Source: Alphaproteobacteria bacterium
Lineage (GTDB): Bacteria; Pseudomonadota; Alphaproteobacteria; CALKHQ01
Reading direction: 5' to 3'
DNA length: 64,000 nucleotides
Assembly: GCA_965227515.1 (NCBI GenBank)
Contig: CBDDFZ010000001.1
Coordinates: forward strand, 3,040,001-3,104,000
Shown here: one piece after another, positions 21,063-33,731 of the stretch
How the letters are laid out: every line of letters starts with the position of its first letter
Numbering within the stretch: the stretch's first letter is position 1
The notes under the pieces: model-generated
The model's database searches: none
What the model was told of the DNA's origin: nothing
Seen by the model: only the letters and a program-made list of their open reading frames with translations
Made by a program: the position numbers and the translations under genes

Positions 21063-22478
21063 ATGAGCCACCAGTTCGACCCGACCATCCTGCGCGAATA
21101 CGACATTCGCGGCACCATTGGCGAAACGCTGGGCACCGACGACGCCCATGCCATCGGGCGTGGTTTTGCCACTATCGCGCGCGAGCGGGCCGGCCCCGGC
21201 GCCAGCCTGACCATCGGCACGGCCTATGACGGACGGATCAGTTCGCCCGATCTGGTCGCGGCCTTGTCGGACGGTTTGTGCTCTGGCGGCGTCGACGTGG
21301 TGAACGTCGGCATGGGCCCGACGCCCATGCTCTATTTCGCCGTCCACAGCATCGGTCTCGACGGCGGCATCATGGTCACCGGCTCGCACAATCCGCCCAA
21401 TATGAACGGCTTCAAGCTGATGCTCGGCACCGCGTCGTTCTTCGGCGAGGATATCGCGGCCCTCGGCCCGCTGGCGGCGGCGGGGCGGTTCGCCAGCGGC
21501 CGCGGCGAGGCGACCAAGCGCGATGTGATGGGCGAATACCTCGAGGCACTCGTCGGCGGCTACACCTCGAGCAACGGCCTGACCATCGCCTGGGACAGCG
21601 GCAACGGGTCCGCAGGGCCGGCGATGGAGGCGATGACCGCGCGGCTGCCGGGCAAGCACATCCTGCTGAATGCCAAGGTCGACGGCACGTTCCCGGCCCA
21701 CCACCCCGACCCGACTGTGCCGGAGAACCTGGTCCAGTTGCAGCAGGCGGTGGCCGACAACAATTGCGACCTTGGCATCGCCTTCGATGGCGATGGCGAC
21801 CGCATCGGCGCGATCGACGGCAAGGGCCGTATCATCTGGGGCGACCAGTTGCTGGCGCTGTTGGCGGAGGCGGTGCTGGCCGACAACCCCGGCGCCACCG
21901 TCATCGCCGACGTGAAGGCGAGCAAGGCGCTGTTCGACCGCATTTCCGAATTAGGCGGCAAGCCGGTGATGTGGAAGACAGGGCACTCGCTGATCAAGGC
22001 CAAGATGAAGGAGACCGGCGCCCCGCTGGCCGGGGAGATGAGCGGTCATGTGATGTTCGCCGACCGCTATTACGGCTACGACGACGCACTTTATGTCGCA
22101 GCCCGCTTCGCCTCCATGGTCGCCGATTCCGGGAAGAGCCTGGCCGACCTCTACGACAAGCTGCCGGTGATGGTGAACACGCCGGAGTTGCGTTTTCCCT
22201 GCGACGACCTGCGCAAGTTTGCGGTGATTGAAGAGATCCGCGACCGGCTGTCCGCCTCCAGCGGTGGCGCCAGGGTCAATCCCATCGACGGCGTCAGGGT
22301 AGAGACCGACGAGGGCTGGTGGCTGATCCGTGCGTCCAACACGCAGCCGGTGCTGGTTGCCCGTGCTGAGGCAACCACGGAGGCGGGGCTAGAGGACTTG
22401 AAGGCGAAGATGGCGGCGCAGCTCGCCGAAAGCGGCGTGGAGTCGCCGTTCGACCGGCCCCCCGCCGCGCATCATTAG
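21063..22478 (+). CDS. Phosphomannomutase/phosphoglucomutase
   Basis: REYDIRG, TGSHNP catalytic Ser, FDGDGDR metal loop, GEMSGH, RASNTQP. Confidence 0.95.
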   Translation: MSHQFDPTILREYDIRGTIGETLGTDDAHAIGRGFATIARERAGPGASLTIGTAYDGRISSPDLVAALSDGLCSGGVDVVNVGMGPTPMLYFAVHSIGLDGGIMVTGSHNPPNMNGFKLMLGTASFFGEDIAALGPLAAAGRFASGRGEATKRDVMGEYLEALVGGYTSSNGLTIAWDSGNGSAGPAMEAMTARLPGKHILLNAKVDGTFPAHHPDPTVPENLVQLQQAVADNNCDLGIAFDGDGDRIGAIDGKGRIIWGDQLLALLAEAVLADNPGATVIADVKASKALFDRISELGGKPVMWKTGHSLIKAKMKETGAPLAGEMSGHVMFADRYYGYDDALYVAARFASMVADSGKSLADLYDKLPVMVNTPELRFPCDDLRKFAVIEEIRDRLSASSGGARVNPIDGVRVETDEGWWLIRASNTQPVLVARAEATTEAGLEDLKAKMAAQLAESGVESPFDRPPAAHH

Positions 22479-22504
22479 AAGGGGGTCGGCTGAATAGTGC
22501 TGAT

Positions 22505-23074
22505 TCAGTCGCCGTCCTTGGCCGCGGCCTTCAGCTGGTCGCGCAGGCTGACCAGGCGGCCCCGCACGTCTTTCAGCCGGCCGGCCAAAGCCATGTCGAG
22601 GACCGGCGCGCTGGCCTCACTCGGCGCTTCGCCAGCGTCACTGGCCTTGTTGGCGAGGTCGCCATTGTCGCCCGCATCCGCGACCGTCTCAGGCGCCGTT
22701 GCGTCGTCCTGCACGGTCAATGGGCCGGCATCGCCTGATCCGGGCCGCCGCGCGCCGCGCCGGCCGGCATTGCGCGCATCCGGTCCGCGCAACAGCTTCT
22801 GCGCGCCCTTGATGGTATAGCCCTGGTCGTAGAGCAGCGCCCTGATCCGGACCAGCAGGTCGATGTCTTCCGGCCGGTAATACCGCCGGCCGCCGGCACG
22901 CTTCATCGGACGGATCTGGTTGAACTTGGTCTCCCAGAAGCGCAGCACATGCTGCGGGACGTCGATCTCGCGCGCGACCTCGCTGATGGTTCGGAAGGCG
23001 CTGGCCGATTTGGCGACCGAACGCGCCCGGCCCGGCGCGTCGGCGGCCCCGTTGTCTGGCGTTGTCGAAGCCAT
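22505..23074 (-). CDS. MerR-family transcriptional regulator (ihfA-associated)
   Basis: AFRTISEVA...[10 protein letters not shown]...[10 protein letters not shown]...GYTIKG; conserved position after ihfA. Confidence 0.92.
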   Translation of the reverse strand: MASTTPDNGAADAPGRARSVAKSASAFRTISEVAREIDVPQHVLRFWETKFNQIRPMKRAGGRRYYRPEDIDLLVRIRALLYDQGYTIKGAQKLLRGPDARNAGRRGARRPGSGDAGPLTVQDDATAPETVADAGDNGDLANKASDAGEAPSEASAPVLDMALAGRLKDVRGRLVSLRDQLKAAAKDGD

Positions 23075-23080
23075 CCGCCG

Positions 23081-23404
23081 CTAGTCCCGCTCGGCGGCAG
23101 CCGATCCGCTCAGCGCATGGTTGATGCGGTTCTTGAGCACATGCGATGCGCGAAAAACCAACACCTTACGGGGCAGAATGGGCACTTCTTCCCCGGTCTT
23201 GGGGTTGCGGCCAACCCGCTCGCCCTTGTTGCGCACGATGAAACTGCCAAACGACGATATCTTGACCGACTCATCGCGCGTCAATGCGTCGGAAATCTCT
23301 CCCAAGACGGACTCCACCAACTCGGCGGATTCGTTACGCGACAGCCCGACCTCGCGATACACTGCCTCGCTGAGGTCGGCCCGCGTCATTGTTTTCCCGC
23401 TCAT
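23081..23404 (-). CDS. ihfA: Integration host factor subunit alpha
   Basis: [16 protein letters not shown]...VKISSFGSF...[19 protein letters not shown]. Confidence 0.96.
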   Translation of the reverse strand: MSGKTMTRADLSEAVYREVGLSRNESAELVESVLGEISDALTRDESVKISSFGSFIVRNKGERVGRNPKTGEEVPILPRKVLVFRASHVLKNRINHALSGSAAAERD

Positions 23405-23492
23405 CACCAGCCTCCCAGTTAAGAGGATTGTTAAACAGCGGGACTAACAGCGTCAATTCATTAGATTTTCTGATTCGAAGATTCTTGGCAAA

Positions 23493-24470
23493 TCACCAGC
23501 GCAGAAGCGCGGAACCCCAAGTGAATCCGCCGCCCATGGCCTCCAGCAACACGATCTGGCCCGGTTCGATGCGGCCGTCGCGCACCGCTTCGTCCAGCGC
23601 CAACGGTACCGAGGCCGCGGACGTATTGGCGTGACGGTCGATGGTGGTGACGACCCGGCTCGGATCGAGCGACAGCTTGCGGCGGACACCGTCGATGATG
23701 CGCATGTTGGCCTGGTGTGGCACCAGCCAGTCCACGTCCGCGGCAGTCAGATCGTTGGATTGCAGTGCTTCTTCAACAGTTTGGGACAGTCTGTTGACAG
23801 CGTGCCTGAAGACCTCGCGGCCCTCCATGCGCACGTGTCCGACGGTGCCGGTTCGCGACGGGCCGCCGTCGACGTAGAGCGCATCGCGGTAACGTCCGTC
23901 GGAATGAATGTGGGTGGAGAGTATGCCGCGCGGCGCAGCCTCGCCGGCAACGGCTTCGCGCCTCTGCACCACGACCGCGCCAGCCCCGTCGCCGAACAGC
24001 ACGCACGTGGTGCGGTCAGTCCAGTCGAGCAGGCGGGTGAAGGTCTCGGCGCCGATGACCAGCGCGCAGGCGGCCTGGCCGGCGCATAGAAAATTGTTGG
24101 CGACCGCAAGCGCGTAGATGAAGCCGGAGCACACCGCCTGCACATCGAAGGCCGCGCCGTCAGTGATGCCGAGGTTGGCCTGCACGGTGGTCGCGGTGGA
24201 CGGGAACGTGTCGTCGGGGGTTGTGGTGGCGACGATGATCAGGTCGACGTCGCTCGGCTGCAGGCCCGCCTGCTCCAGGGCGCGGCGGGACGCATCGGTC
24301 GCCAGGGTCGAGGTCAGCTCCTCGTCGCTGGCGATGTGGCGCTGCTTGATGCCGGTGCGCTCGACGATCCATTCGTCGCTGGTGTCGACGCGTTGCGCGA
24401 GTTCGTCATTGGTCACGCATCTGGCCGGCAGCGCGCTGCCGCAGCCGACAATCTCGGCGCGATAGGCCAT
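23493..24470 (-). CDS. fabH: Beta-ketoacyl-ACP synthase III
   Basis: [31 protein letters not shown]. Confidence 0.96.
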   Translation of the reverse strand: MAYRAEIVGCGSALPARCVTNDELAQRVDTSDEWIVERTGIKQRHIASDEELTSTLATDASRRALEQAGLQPSDVDLIIVATTTPDDTFPSTATTVQANLGITDGAAFDVQAVCSGFIYALAVANNFLCAGQAACALVIGAETFTRLLDWTDRTTCVLFGDGAGAVVVQRREAVAGEAAPRGILSTHIHSDGRYRDALYVDGGPSRTGTVGHVRMEGREVFRHAVNRLSQTVEEALQSNDLTAADVDWLVPHQANMRIIDGVRRKLSLDPSRVVTTIDRHANTSAASVPLALDEAVRDGRIEPGQIVLLEAMGGGFTWGSALLRW

Positions 24471-25534
24471 CAGGATGCCGCAGCCTGCAATTCGCCGGGC
24501 TGGTTGGCATAGAGGTGGTCGAACTCATCGCGGATGCGGTCGATGAAGCCGTGACGCGCCATGTCGATGGCCACGCCGAGTGCGGTGGAAAAGCCCAGCG
24601 CATCGGAACCGCCATGGCTCTTGACCACGATACCGTTCAGGCCCAGCAGCACCGCACCGTTGTAGCTGCGCGGATCGACCCTGCGCCGCATCTTCCAGAT
24701 CGCATGCTTGGCCAGCAGATAGCCGAGGCCGGCGAAGATCGAGCTCTTGAAAGCCTGGCGCAGGAATGCACCGACCAGGCGCGCGGTCCCCTCCGCCGTC
24801 TTCAGGGCAATGTTGCCGGTAAAGCCGTCCGTCACCACGACGTCGACCACCCCGGCCGCGATATCGTCGCCTTCGATGAAGCCGTAGAACTCGATCGGCA
24901 GGTCGGAGTCGCGCAGCGTCTGGGCGGCCTGCCGCAGCGCCTCGTGCCCCTTCAACTCCTCGGCGCCGACATTCAGCAGGCCGACGGTCGGCTGCATCCG
25001 GCCGAGCACGGTGCGCGCGAACATCTCGCCCATCACCGCGAACTGAACCAGGTTGTCGGCGTCGCACTCGATGTTGGCCCCCAGGTCCAGCATCACGCTC
25101 TCGCCGCTGAGCGTGGGGAAGAACGAGGCCATCGCCGGCCGGTCGATCTGGGGAAGGGTGCGCAACAGGAACTTGGCAATCGCCATCAGCGCACCGGTAT
25201 TGCCAGCCGAGATCATTCCGCTGGCCTCGCCCTGCCGCACCGCGTCCACCGCCATCCACAGGCTGCTGCCGCGCCCGCTGCGCAACGCGATGGACGGCTT
25301 GGCTTCGTTCTCGATGAACTTGGACGTGTGGTGAACCGTCGACGACTTGGCCAGCGCCTTGGTGTTCTTCACCAGCGGACCCACCTTTTCCTCGTCGCCG
25401 AAGAACAGGAAATGGACCTCGGGGTGACGCTTCAGGGCGATGCTCGCGGCGCGCACCACGGTACGTGGGCCGGTGTCGCCACCCATGGCGTCGATTGCAA
25501 TCGTCAACTGTTTCGACACGTCAGACCAAGCCAC
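24470..25534 (-). CDS. plsX: Phosphate acyltransferase
   Basis: [34 protein letters not shown]. Alternative GTG start at 25519. Confidence 0.96.
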   Translation of the reverse strand: MAWSDVSKQLTIAIDAMGGDTGPRTVVRAASIALKRHPEVHFLFFGDEEKVGPLVKNTKALAKSSTVHHTSKFIENEAKPSIALRSGRGSSLWMAVDAVRQGEASGMISAGNTGALMAIAKFLLRTLPQIDRPAMASFFPTLSGESVMLDLGANIECDADNLVQFAVMGEMFARTVLGRMQPTVGLLNVGAEELKGHEALRQAAQTLRDSDLPIEFYGFIEGDDIAAGVVDVVVTDGFTGNIALKTAEGTARLVGAFLRQAFKSSIFAGLGYLLAKHAIWKMRRRVDPRSYNGAVLLGLNGIVVKSHGGSDALGFSTALGVAIDMARHGFIDRIRDEFDHLYANQPGELQAAAS

Positions 25535-25806
25535 TCGCTACAGACGGCCGGGGGAACCTGAGACGTCTCGCCGCAATTCCGCCCGCGTATTTTCGGACCC
25601 GCCGCGACCTCGCGCCGCCCCCTCGCGCCGATGTAGACCAAATCCCCAACAGCGACAAGCGTACGGCCGTGCGTCCCCCCGGGACGAGATGCCCGCGGCC
25701 GGACGAGACAACAGTGTGGTAGCGAATATCGGCGCCAGTTGCCAACAGCCAGTTTCGCATGGCGGTGCCGCGTTGCGATGACGGGCCGGCGTGCGCAACC
25801 GACCGG

Positions 25807-26412
25807 TCATCCCGCCGGTACATCGTCGTAGACGGCGGTCACGTCGCGAAACTGGATGGAGCTGTCGCCCCCGCGCGCCGCGTCGTCACCGCAGTGTGCC
25901 GCGACGTGCGCCACCTGCGCGGCAAGGTAGCGCGCAAACAGACGGGCCGCGTCATTCGGCGCGCCGGCCGGGTCCTCGCGCCGGTACACGTTGCGGTTCA
26001 CGCAGTCGGCCAGCGCCTCGCCACCCTGATCGAACGCCTTGGCGTAGGCGTGCAGGCGACCGTTCAGGCCATTGGCCATCAGCCGCACCCGTTTCGCGAC
26101 GCCGACATCGCCGGCCCCCATTTCGCGCAGGGATTGGTCCATGTCGCGGATGAACATGGCGATCAGGCGCTTGACGAGGCCGGTGGTCCCGTTATCGCCG
26201 CGTTCGCCCGTACGTTCGCCGGATAGTCCATGAATCGCCGCGAAGACGTGGGCGACCAGAACGTCGTAGCGGCCGTCCACAGTGTCGGCCACCTGGGCGC
26301 GGGTGTAGTGGTCCGGGTGGCGCGATGCGGCCACGCACGTCGCATAGATGCTCTCGGCCAGCGTGGCCTGGGCGCGCGCCTGCTGGCGGCCTTGGCGAAA
26401 GCGTTGAAACAT
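25807..26412 (-). CDS. Ubiquinol-cytochrome c chaperone (Cbp3 family)
   Basis: DTVDGRY..L..H, DMDQSLREMGAGDVGVAKR, GRLHAY, RNVY; divergent from bamE as in other alphaproteobacteria. Confidence 0.88.
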   Translation of the reverse strand: MFQRFRQGRQQARAQATLAESIYATCVAASRHPDHYTRAQVADTVDGRYDVLVAHVFAAIHGLSGERTGERGDNGTTGLVKRLIAMFIRDMDQSLREMGAGDVGVAKRVRLMANGLNGRLHAYAKAFDQGGEALADCVNRNVYRREDPAGAPNDAARLFARYLAAQVAHVAAHCGDDAARGGDSSIQFRDVTAVYDDVPAG

Positions 26413-26608
26413 GGGGCCGGCTTTCCGGTTTGGCTCGATTGTTGGCGGGGCTTGACCCATCGGTCAGAATCATTACCACGATGGCGGATCGAAAGTTGAC
26501 CAATCGCCGCTCACTGGCCGCACGGCCATGTGATAGTCTGCCGCATGCAGCGGCGGCGCCATGGCAGCGCGAGGCGCGCTCGGCCAGGACGCGGCCAGGT
26601 ATGGGTGA

Positions 26609-27085
26609 ATGAAAATGGTGGGGAACACTCCAAACGTCCTTCGGGGCACGGCCATCGGCCGGGCCTTGCGCGTGGTGGCATTGGCCGGCTGCGTGACGGG
26701 CATTGCGGCATGCGACAGCGTGCAGTCCCAGCGCGGCTATCAGGCCGACGCGCGCTCGGTGGAGCAGCTCCAGCCCGGCGTGGTCACCAAGGACGAGGTC
26801 TACAACATCCTGGGGTCGCCCTCGACGCGCGGCACGTTCGACGACTCGGTCTGGTACTACATCGGCACCGACATGGAGCGGTGGGCCTTCTTCGAGCCCG
26901 ACATGCTGGACCGCACCATCATCGAGCTGCACTTCGACCAGGCCGGTTTCCTGACCGAGGTGCGGGAATACGGGCCCGAGATCGCGCAGGACGTCGACCC
27001 GGTCGATCGCGAGACGCCCACACGCGGCAACCGCATTACCTTCCTGCAGCAGTTCCTGGGCAATCTGGGCCGGTTCAACGACTAG
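26609..27085 (+). CDS. bamE: Outer membrane protein assembly factor BamE
   Basis: Lipobox IAAC; RGY, GVVTKDEV..ILGSPS, WYYIG, RETPTRG, QFLGNLGRF. Confidence 0.9.
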   Translation: MKMVGNTPNVLRGTAIGRALRVVALAGCVTGIAACDSVQSQRGYQADARSVEQLQPGVVTKDEVYNILGSPSTRGTFDDSVWYYIGTDMERWAFFEPDMLDRTIIELHFDQAGFLTEVREYGPEIAQDVDPVDRETPTRGNRITFLQQFLGNLGRFND

Positions 27086-27141
27086 ATCGTTTTTGGCTTT
27101 GCTGGGTCGGCAACCGCCCGCACCCCGCCAGGAACGTCCAC

Positions 27142-27178
27142 AAAGAAAAAGGGCCGGGGGATGGTCCCGCCGGCCCTT
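27142..27178 (-). terminator. Rho-independent terminator between convergent genes
   Basis: AAGGGCCGG-GGGATGGTCCC-GCCGGCCCTT hairpin with an A-tract on the + strand (U-tract on the minus strand). Confidence 0.7.
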
Positions 27179-27204
27179 GATCTCGTCTCAGTGGCGGGTT
27201 CGCC

Positions 27205-28263
27205 CTAGCGCAGCGAGATCGCGCCGTTGCCGACGATCAGGTCGAAGGCCTGCAGCGGCCCGTCGCCGGTTCGCGCCGCGGCGCGCTGCGAGTCGGTCAG
27301 CACCGACACCGGGTTGAACATCACGTTGGTGAAGTCGAGCTGGCCCAGCATGCCCGGGAAGGTGATCTGGTCCCAACGGTCGGACGGATAGACCCAGGCG
27401 TTCAGGGTGAACTGGCCGCTCTGGCAGCCGCTGACGACCCAGAAGTGGGCGTCGGACGGCAGCACCGTGCCCGACGGCACCGGGTTGGAGTTGAAGCCGC
27501 TGGCGGTCAACGTCTCCAGCAGCGAGCGGCGCTCGAACGGCGCCAACCCGTTCAGCGAGCGCTTGCCGTTGATGTGGCTGGAAATCTGGCGCGGGTCGGA
27601 GCCGATGCGCTGTGCGCCACGCACCAGGATGTCGAGCAACGCGGACCCGTCGCCGGCATCCAGCATCTCGTAGACGCGCACGTGCTCGGTGAACTTGGCG
27701 TTGTAGACGAAGCGATAGGTGTCCGGCGTGTTGGCCGAGCAGGCGGTGCGGATGTCATTGCCCGACAGGTACGAGATCCAGTTGTTACCGGAGGAGGTGG
27801 TCGGCGCGGTCGCAGGCGTGGACGGCGGGGTCGGCGCATCGGGCCGGGTGGGCGTCACCGCCACCGCGGTCTCCGTGTTCGGCTGCGCGGCGGCGACGTC
27901 CGGCGTCGCCGAACGGGTCGCCTCGAACTGAAGCGCACCCTGGGTGTCCGCCGTCAAAGTGCCGGTCACCGGCAGGTCGGACTGGGACTGAAACGCCTCC
28001 AGCGCGGCCTTCGTGCGCGGTCCCATCAGGCCATCGGCCGTGCCGGCGTCGAAGCCGAGCTCGTTCAGCCCTTCCTGCGCCGTGCGCAGTGCGTCCCGCC
28101 CTTCGATCTCGGCATTGCCGGTCGGCCCGCCAATCGGCGTGTAGGCCAGCGGCTCGGGCTCCGGAGCGGGTGTTTCAACAACTACTTCGGGCGATCCGCC
28201 GTCACCGCCAACGCAGGCGCCGAGCGCGATCATAGCCATGATTGGCACGATGAATTTTCGCAT
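27205..28263 (-). CDS. Lipoprotein with peptidoglycan-binding domain and uncharacterised C-terminal domain
   Basis: MRKFIVPIMAMIALGAC lipobox; AQEGLNELGFDAGTADGLMGPRTKAALEAFQ...LPVTG PG_binding_1 signature; Pro/Thr linker. Confidence 0.8.
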   Translation of the reverse strand: MRKFIVPIMAMIALGACVGGDGGSPEVVVETPAPEPEPLAYTPIGGPTGNAEIEGRDALRTAQEGLNELGFDAGTADGLMGPRTKAALEAFQSQSDLPVTGTLTADTQGALQFEATRSATPDVAAAQPNTETAVAVTPTRPDAPTPPSTPATAPTTSSGNNWISYLSGNDIRTACSANTPDTYRFVYNAKFTEHVRVYEMLDAGDGSALLDILVRGAQRIGSDPRQISSHINGKRSLNGLAPFERRSLLETLTASGFNSNPVPSGTVLPSDAHFWVVSGCQSGQFTLNAWVYPSDRWDQITFPGMLGQLDFTNVMFNPVSVLTDSQRAAARTGDGPLQAFDLIVGNGAISLR

Positions 28264-28423
28264 GCGCGGCAATATACTCAGCCGCGATGGCGGCGCAATG
28301 CTTGCTGTGCTTCTCGGAATGACAATTGCGCCATCGCCGTTCGCGCACGACTTTGTCTTGAAAATCATTAAGTTTCAGGCGATTGATATGTCCTTTGCGA
28401 GTCGCTTGTCAGCAAAGGTGCCC

Positions 28424-29902
28424 ATGTCTTCAGCACGCTGCCCACGAGGAGGCTGGGATGTTTGGCGCATAAGTGCCTGTATTCCAATCCTCCTCATCGT
28501 CCTCGCGATCATCGTCGCCGCCGGCGCCCAGTCGGCCCAGGCAGCGCCACAGCGCGCTTCGATGGTGGTCGATGCCCAATCGGGCGAGGTCTTGCACGCG
28601 TCCAGCGTCGATGCCCAGGTCCATCCTGCGTCGCTGACCAAGATCATGACGCTCTACATGGTGTTCAAGGCGCTCGACTCGGGCGAGCTCAGGCTCGACG
28701 ACGAGATCGAGATGACGCGCCATGCCGCATCGATGCCGCCTTCGCGTCTGGGCCTGTCGGTCGGGTCCACCATCTCGGTCCACCACGCGATCCTGGCGCT
28801 GGTCACGAAGTCGGCGAACGACGTGGCGGCGGCGGTTGGCGACCGGCTGGGCGGCAGCGAATCGAATTTCGCCCGCGAGATGACGGCGGAGGCGCGGGCG
28901 CTGCGCATGTCGCAGACCGTGTTCGTCAATGCGTCCGGCCTGCCGGACACGCGGCAGGTCACGACGGCGCGCGACATGATCCGGCTCGCCTTCGCCATGC
29001 GGGCGCATTTTCCGCACTACTACCACTACTTCTCGGAGCAGTCGTTCCGGTATGGCGGCGCGACCTACCAGAACCACAATCGGCTGTTGGGCCAGTATCC
29101 CGGCACCGACGGCCTGAAGACCGGCTACATCCGCATGTCCGGCTTCAACCTGGTCGCCACCGTGGAACGCGGCGGTCGGCGGCTGGTCGGCGTGGTGTTC
29201 GGCGGCAGCACCGGTGCGGAACGCGACGCGGAGATGATGCGCCTGTTCGATGCGGCGTTCGCCACCGCATCGACCCTGCCGACGACGCCTGCGATGGCGC
29301 CGGACCGGATGTCGCCCAACCCGTCCATTGCCGAGATCCTCGCCCTCGACCCGCCCGAGGCGGTGCAGATGACGGCCCAGTTGCGGCAGGCCCAGCTGAT
29401 CTCATATGGCCGGCCCGGCGGTATGCAGGCCGTGGAGGCCGGCAGCGCCGACCCGGGCTATGTGGCGGCGCCGCCGACCGCGCCGATCCGGCTGCCGGCA
29501 CCGACCGATATCGCCGAACTGGCGCCGATGCGCGCCTATCTGGAAGCCACCACCATCGAGGATTTGATCATCCGTGCCGATACCCAGGTCGCGTCGACCG
29601 GCGGCAGCGGCAACTGCATATCTTCGTGGGGCATCCAGGTCGGCGCCTTCGGCCGCGCCGAGACCGCCGGCGAGTTCGCCCAGAATACGCGAGCACGGCT
29701 GCTGGCCGACCTCAGCCTGGCGACCGTTGCCGTCGGCGCCTATGACATGGGTGACGTCCGGCTCTATCGTTCGATGCTGTTCGGCCTGGAAGAGGAAACC
29801 GCCATGCGTGCCTGCGCCGCGCTGAACGCGCAGTCGCTGGAATGCGTGCCGATTCCGCCGGAAAGCAGCACGCTGGAACTGGCCAGCATCCGCTGCCTCT
29901 AG
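28424..29902 (+). CDS. D-alanyl-D-alanine carboxypeptidase (S11) with C-terminal SPOR-like domain
   Basis: PASLTK (SxxK), SAN (SxN), KTG; WGIQVGAF C-terminal motif. Start uncertain (28388 or 28424). Confidence 0.9.
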   Translation: MSSARCPRGGWDVWRISACIPILLIVLAIIVAAGAQSAQAAPQRASMVVDAQSGEVLHASSVDAQVHPASLTKIMTLYMVFKALDSGELRLDDEIEMTRHAASMPPSRLGLSVGSTISVHHAILALVTKSANDVAAAVGDRLGGSESNFAREMTAEARALRMSQTVFVNASGLPDTRQVTTARDMIRLAFAMRAHFPHYYHYFSEQSFRYGGATYQNHNRLLGQYPGTDGLKTGYIRMSGFNLVATVERGGRRLVGVVFGGSTGAERDAEMMRLFDAAFATASTLPTTPAMAPDRMSPNPSIAEILALDPPEAVQMTAQLRQAQLISYGRPGGMQAVEAGSADPGYVAAPPTAPIRLPAPTDIAELAPMRAYLEATTIEDLIIRADTQVASTGGSGNCISSWGIQVGAFGRAETAGEFAQNTRARLLADLSLATVAVGAYDMGDVRLYRSMLFGLEEETAMRACAALNAQSLECVPIPPESSTLELASIRCL

Positions 29903-29917
29903 GCAATTACGCGGACC

Positions 29918-31549
<1,632 letters not shown>

Positions 31550-31551
31550 GC

Positions 31552-32694
31552 TCAGCGGTCCTTCGGGTCCAGCGCGTCGCGCAGGCCGTCGCCGATGTAG
31601 TTCAGGCAGAACAGGGTGACGCACAGGAACGCCGCCGGGAAGATCAGGATCCACGGCTCGCCCTGGATGGAGTTGGCGCCGTCAGCGATCAGCGTGCCCC
31701 AGCTTGTCAGCGGCTCCTGCACGCCGAGCCCCAGGAAGCTGAGGAAGCTTTCCAGCAGGATGATCTTGGGCACCATCAGCGTCATGTAGATCGCCACCGG
31801 CCCCAGCGTGTTCGGCACGATGTGCCGGCGCAGGATGCCGCCGGTCTTCACCCCCATCGCCTGGGCGGCCTGCACGTACTCCTGGCGCTTGATGCTGAGG
31901 GTCTGGCCGCGCACGATGCGCGCCATGTCCAGCCACTCGATGGCGCCGATGGCGATGAACACCAGCGCGAAATTGCGGCCGAAGAACACCATCAGCAGGA
32001 TGACGAAGAAGATGAACGGCAGGGAGTACAGAATGTCGACCAGCCGCATCATGGCGTTGTCGACCTTGCCGCCCATGTAGCCGGCGATGGCGCCATAGGT
32101 GACGCCGATCAGCAGGCTGACGGCGGTGGCCAGCAGTCCGATCAAGAGCGAGATCTGGCCGCCGATGAACACGCGGGTCATCAGGTCGCGGCCGTTGGAT
32201 TCCGTGCCGAACAGGAAATAGTACTGCACCACGTTCGCCCGCGCGGTGCCGCGGGTCGGATCGCCCGGGTCGATCTCGATCGCCGCGTTGGAGAACACGT
32301 CGACCCGGTCCAGATAGCGCGACAGCCGGGGATCGATCTCCTCCTCGCTGGTGAGGGTGACAACGATGACCCCGCCGTCGATTTCGAAACCCTCGATGGT
32401 CACGCCCGAGCGGCGGAACGCGCGGTCCAGAATCTCAGCGATCTGCTCGTCGGCCGGGTAGGGGCTCAGGCTCGGCGGCACCTTGACGAAGTCCTGGTAG
32501 CCCTCGTCGTAGTCGTGACCGCCGACCATGGGGCCGAAGACGCACACGATGGCGACCAGGCCGAGCACGACGAAGCTGGTCATCGCCGCCTTGTTGGCCC
32601 GCAGCCGCGCCCAGGCGTCGCGCCACAGGCTGCGGCCGCGCACCAATTGGGCAGCGTCGGTCGGGGGCACGCGATCCGCGTCGACGGTCGTCAT
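31552..32694 (-). CDS. oppC: Oligopeptide ABC transporter permease
   Basis: SLWRDAW.RLR.NKAA N-terminus; FGTESNGRD; EYVQAA EAA loop; ESFLSFLGLG. Confidence 0.9.
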   Translation of the reverse strand: MTTVDADRVPPTDAAQLVRGRSLWRDAWARLRANKAAMTSFVVLGLVAIVCVFGPMVGGHDYDEGYQDFVKVPPSLSPYPADEQIAEILDRAFRRSGVTIEGFEIDGGVIVVTLTSEEEIDPRLSRYLDRVDVFSNAAIEIDPGDPTRGTARANVVQYYFLFGTESNGRDLMTRVFIGGQISLLIGLLATAVSLLIGVTYGAIAGYMGGKVDNAMMRLVDILYSLPFIFFVILLMVFFGRNFALVFIAIGAIEWLDMARIVRGQTLSIKRQEYVQAAQAMGVKTGGILRRHIVPNTLGPVAIYMTLMVPKIILLESFLSFLGLGVQEPLTSWGTLIADGANSIQGEPWILIFPAAFLCVTLFCLNYIGDGLRDALDPKDR

Positions 32695-32706
32695 CGGTGC
32701 GGCCGG

Positions 32707-33630
32707 CTATTCATAGCGCACCTTCGGGTCGAGCAGGCTGTAGAGCAGGTCGATCACCAGGTTGAAGACGACGATGAAGGTGGCGACCAGGATGACCGTA
32801 CCCATCACCAGGGTGTAGTCGCGGTTCAGCGCACCCTGCACGAAGTAGCGGCCGACGCCCGGCATGCCGAAGATCTGCTCGATCACCACCGAGCCGGTCA
32901 GCAGCGCCGCCGCCGCCGGCCCCAGGTACGAGGCGACAGGCAGCAGGGCGCCGCGCAGGGCGTGGACGACGACCACCACATGGCCGGGCAGGCCATAGGC
33001 GCGCGCCGTGCGCACGTGGTTGGAGCGCAGCGCTTCCAGCATAGAGCCCCGCGTCAGCCGCGCGATCACCGCGATCTGCAGCAGCGACAGCGTTACGATC
33101 GGCAGCACCTTGTACTGGAATGCACCTTCGCCCCAGCCGCCGGCCGGCAGCACGTCCAGGTAGAGCGCGAAGACCAGAGAGAAGATCGGCGCCAGCACGA
33201 AGTTGGGCACCGTCACGCCGACCATGGCGATGCCCATGATCGAATAGTCGGCGGCCCGGTTCTGGTTCAGTGCCGCGATGGTGCCGGCGGGAATGCCGAT
33301 CATCAGCGCCAGCAGGAGGGCCGATGCGCCAAGCTCGATGGAGACCGGCAGCCCGTCCATCAGCAACTCGGCCACGGTGTGGTCGCGATAGACGAAGCTG
33401 GGACCGAAATCGCCCTGGGCTAGGTTCTGCAGATAGTAGAGGTATTGCATCACCAGCGAATCGTTCAGGTGATACATCTCCTCCAGCGCGTCGATGGTCG
33501 ACTGGGGCAGGGGGCGCTCCAGGTCGAACGGCCCGCCGGGCGCCACCCGGATCAGGAAGAACGTGATCGTCACGATCACGAACAGCGTCGGGATCGCGAT
33601 CAGCAGCCGGCGGATGAAATAGGTGAACAT
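32707..33630 (-). CDS. oppB: Oligopeptide ABC transporter permease
   Basis: RVAPGGPF, GDFGPS, ARLTRGSM, RTARAYG, NRDY, DPKVRY. Confidence 0.92.
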   Translation of the reverse strand: MFTYFIRRLLIAIPTLFVIVTITFFLIRVAPGGPFDLERPLPQSTIDALEEMYHLNDSLVMQYLYYLQNLAQGDFGPSFVYRDHTVAELLMDGLPVSIELGASALLLALMIGIPAGTIAALNQNRAADYSIMGIAMVGVTVPNFVLAPIFSLVFALYLDVLPAGGWGEGAFQYKVLPIVTLSLLQIAVIARLTRGSMLEALRSNHVRTARAYGLPGHVVVVVHALRGALLPVASYLGPAAAALLTGSVVIEQIFGMPGVGRYFVQGALNRDYTLVMGTVILVATFIVVFNLVIDLLYSLLDPKVRYE

Positions 33631-33731
33631 CGCTAGCGGCTATCCGCTGGAATTGCCGTCGCCGCCGCATCCAACACGATTGCCGCTCTCGGGCCCGTGC
33701 CTGCGAGATTCGCACGTCTCGCCAAGACTTC

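Noticed and set aside
23419-23434. CtrA site upstream of ihfA
   Set aside because: The spacing is TTAA-N8-TTAA, not N7.
25759-26226. ORF starting MAVPR resembles the N-terminus of ribosomal protein L32 near plsX
   Set aside because: Wrong strand relative to plsX, antisense to the Cbp3 gene, and lacks the KRK.S..RR and CxxC features of L32.
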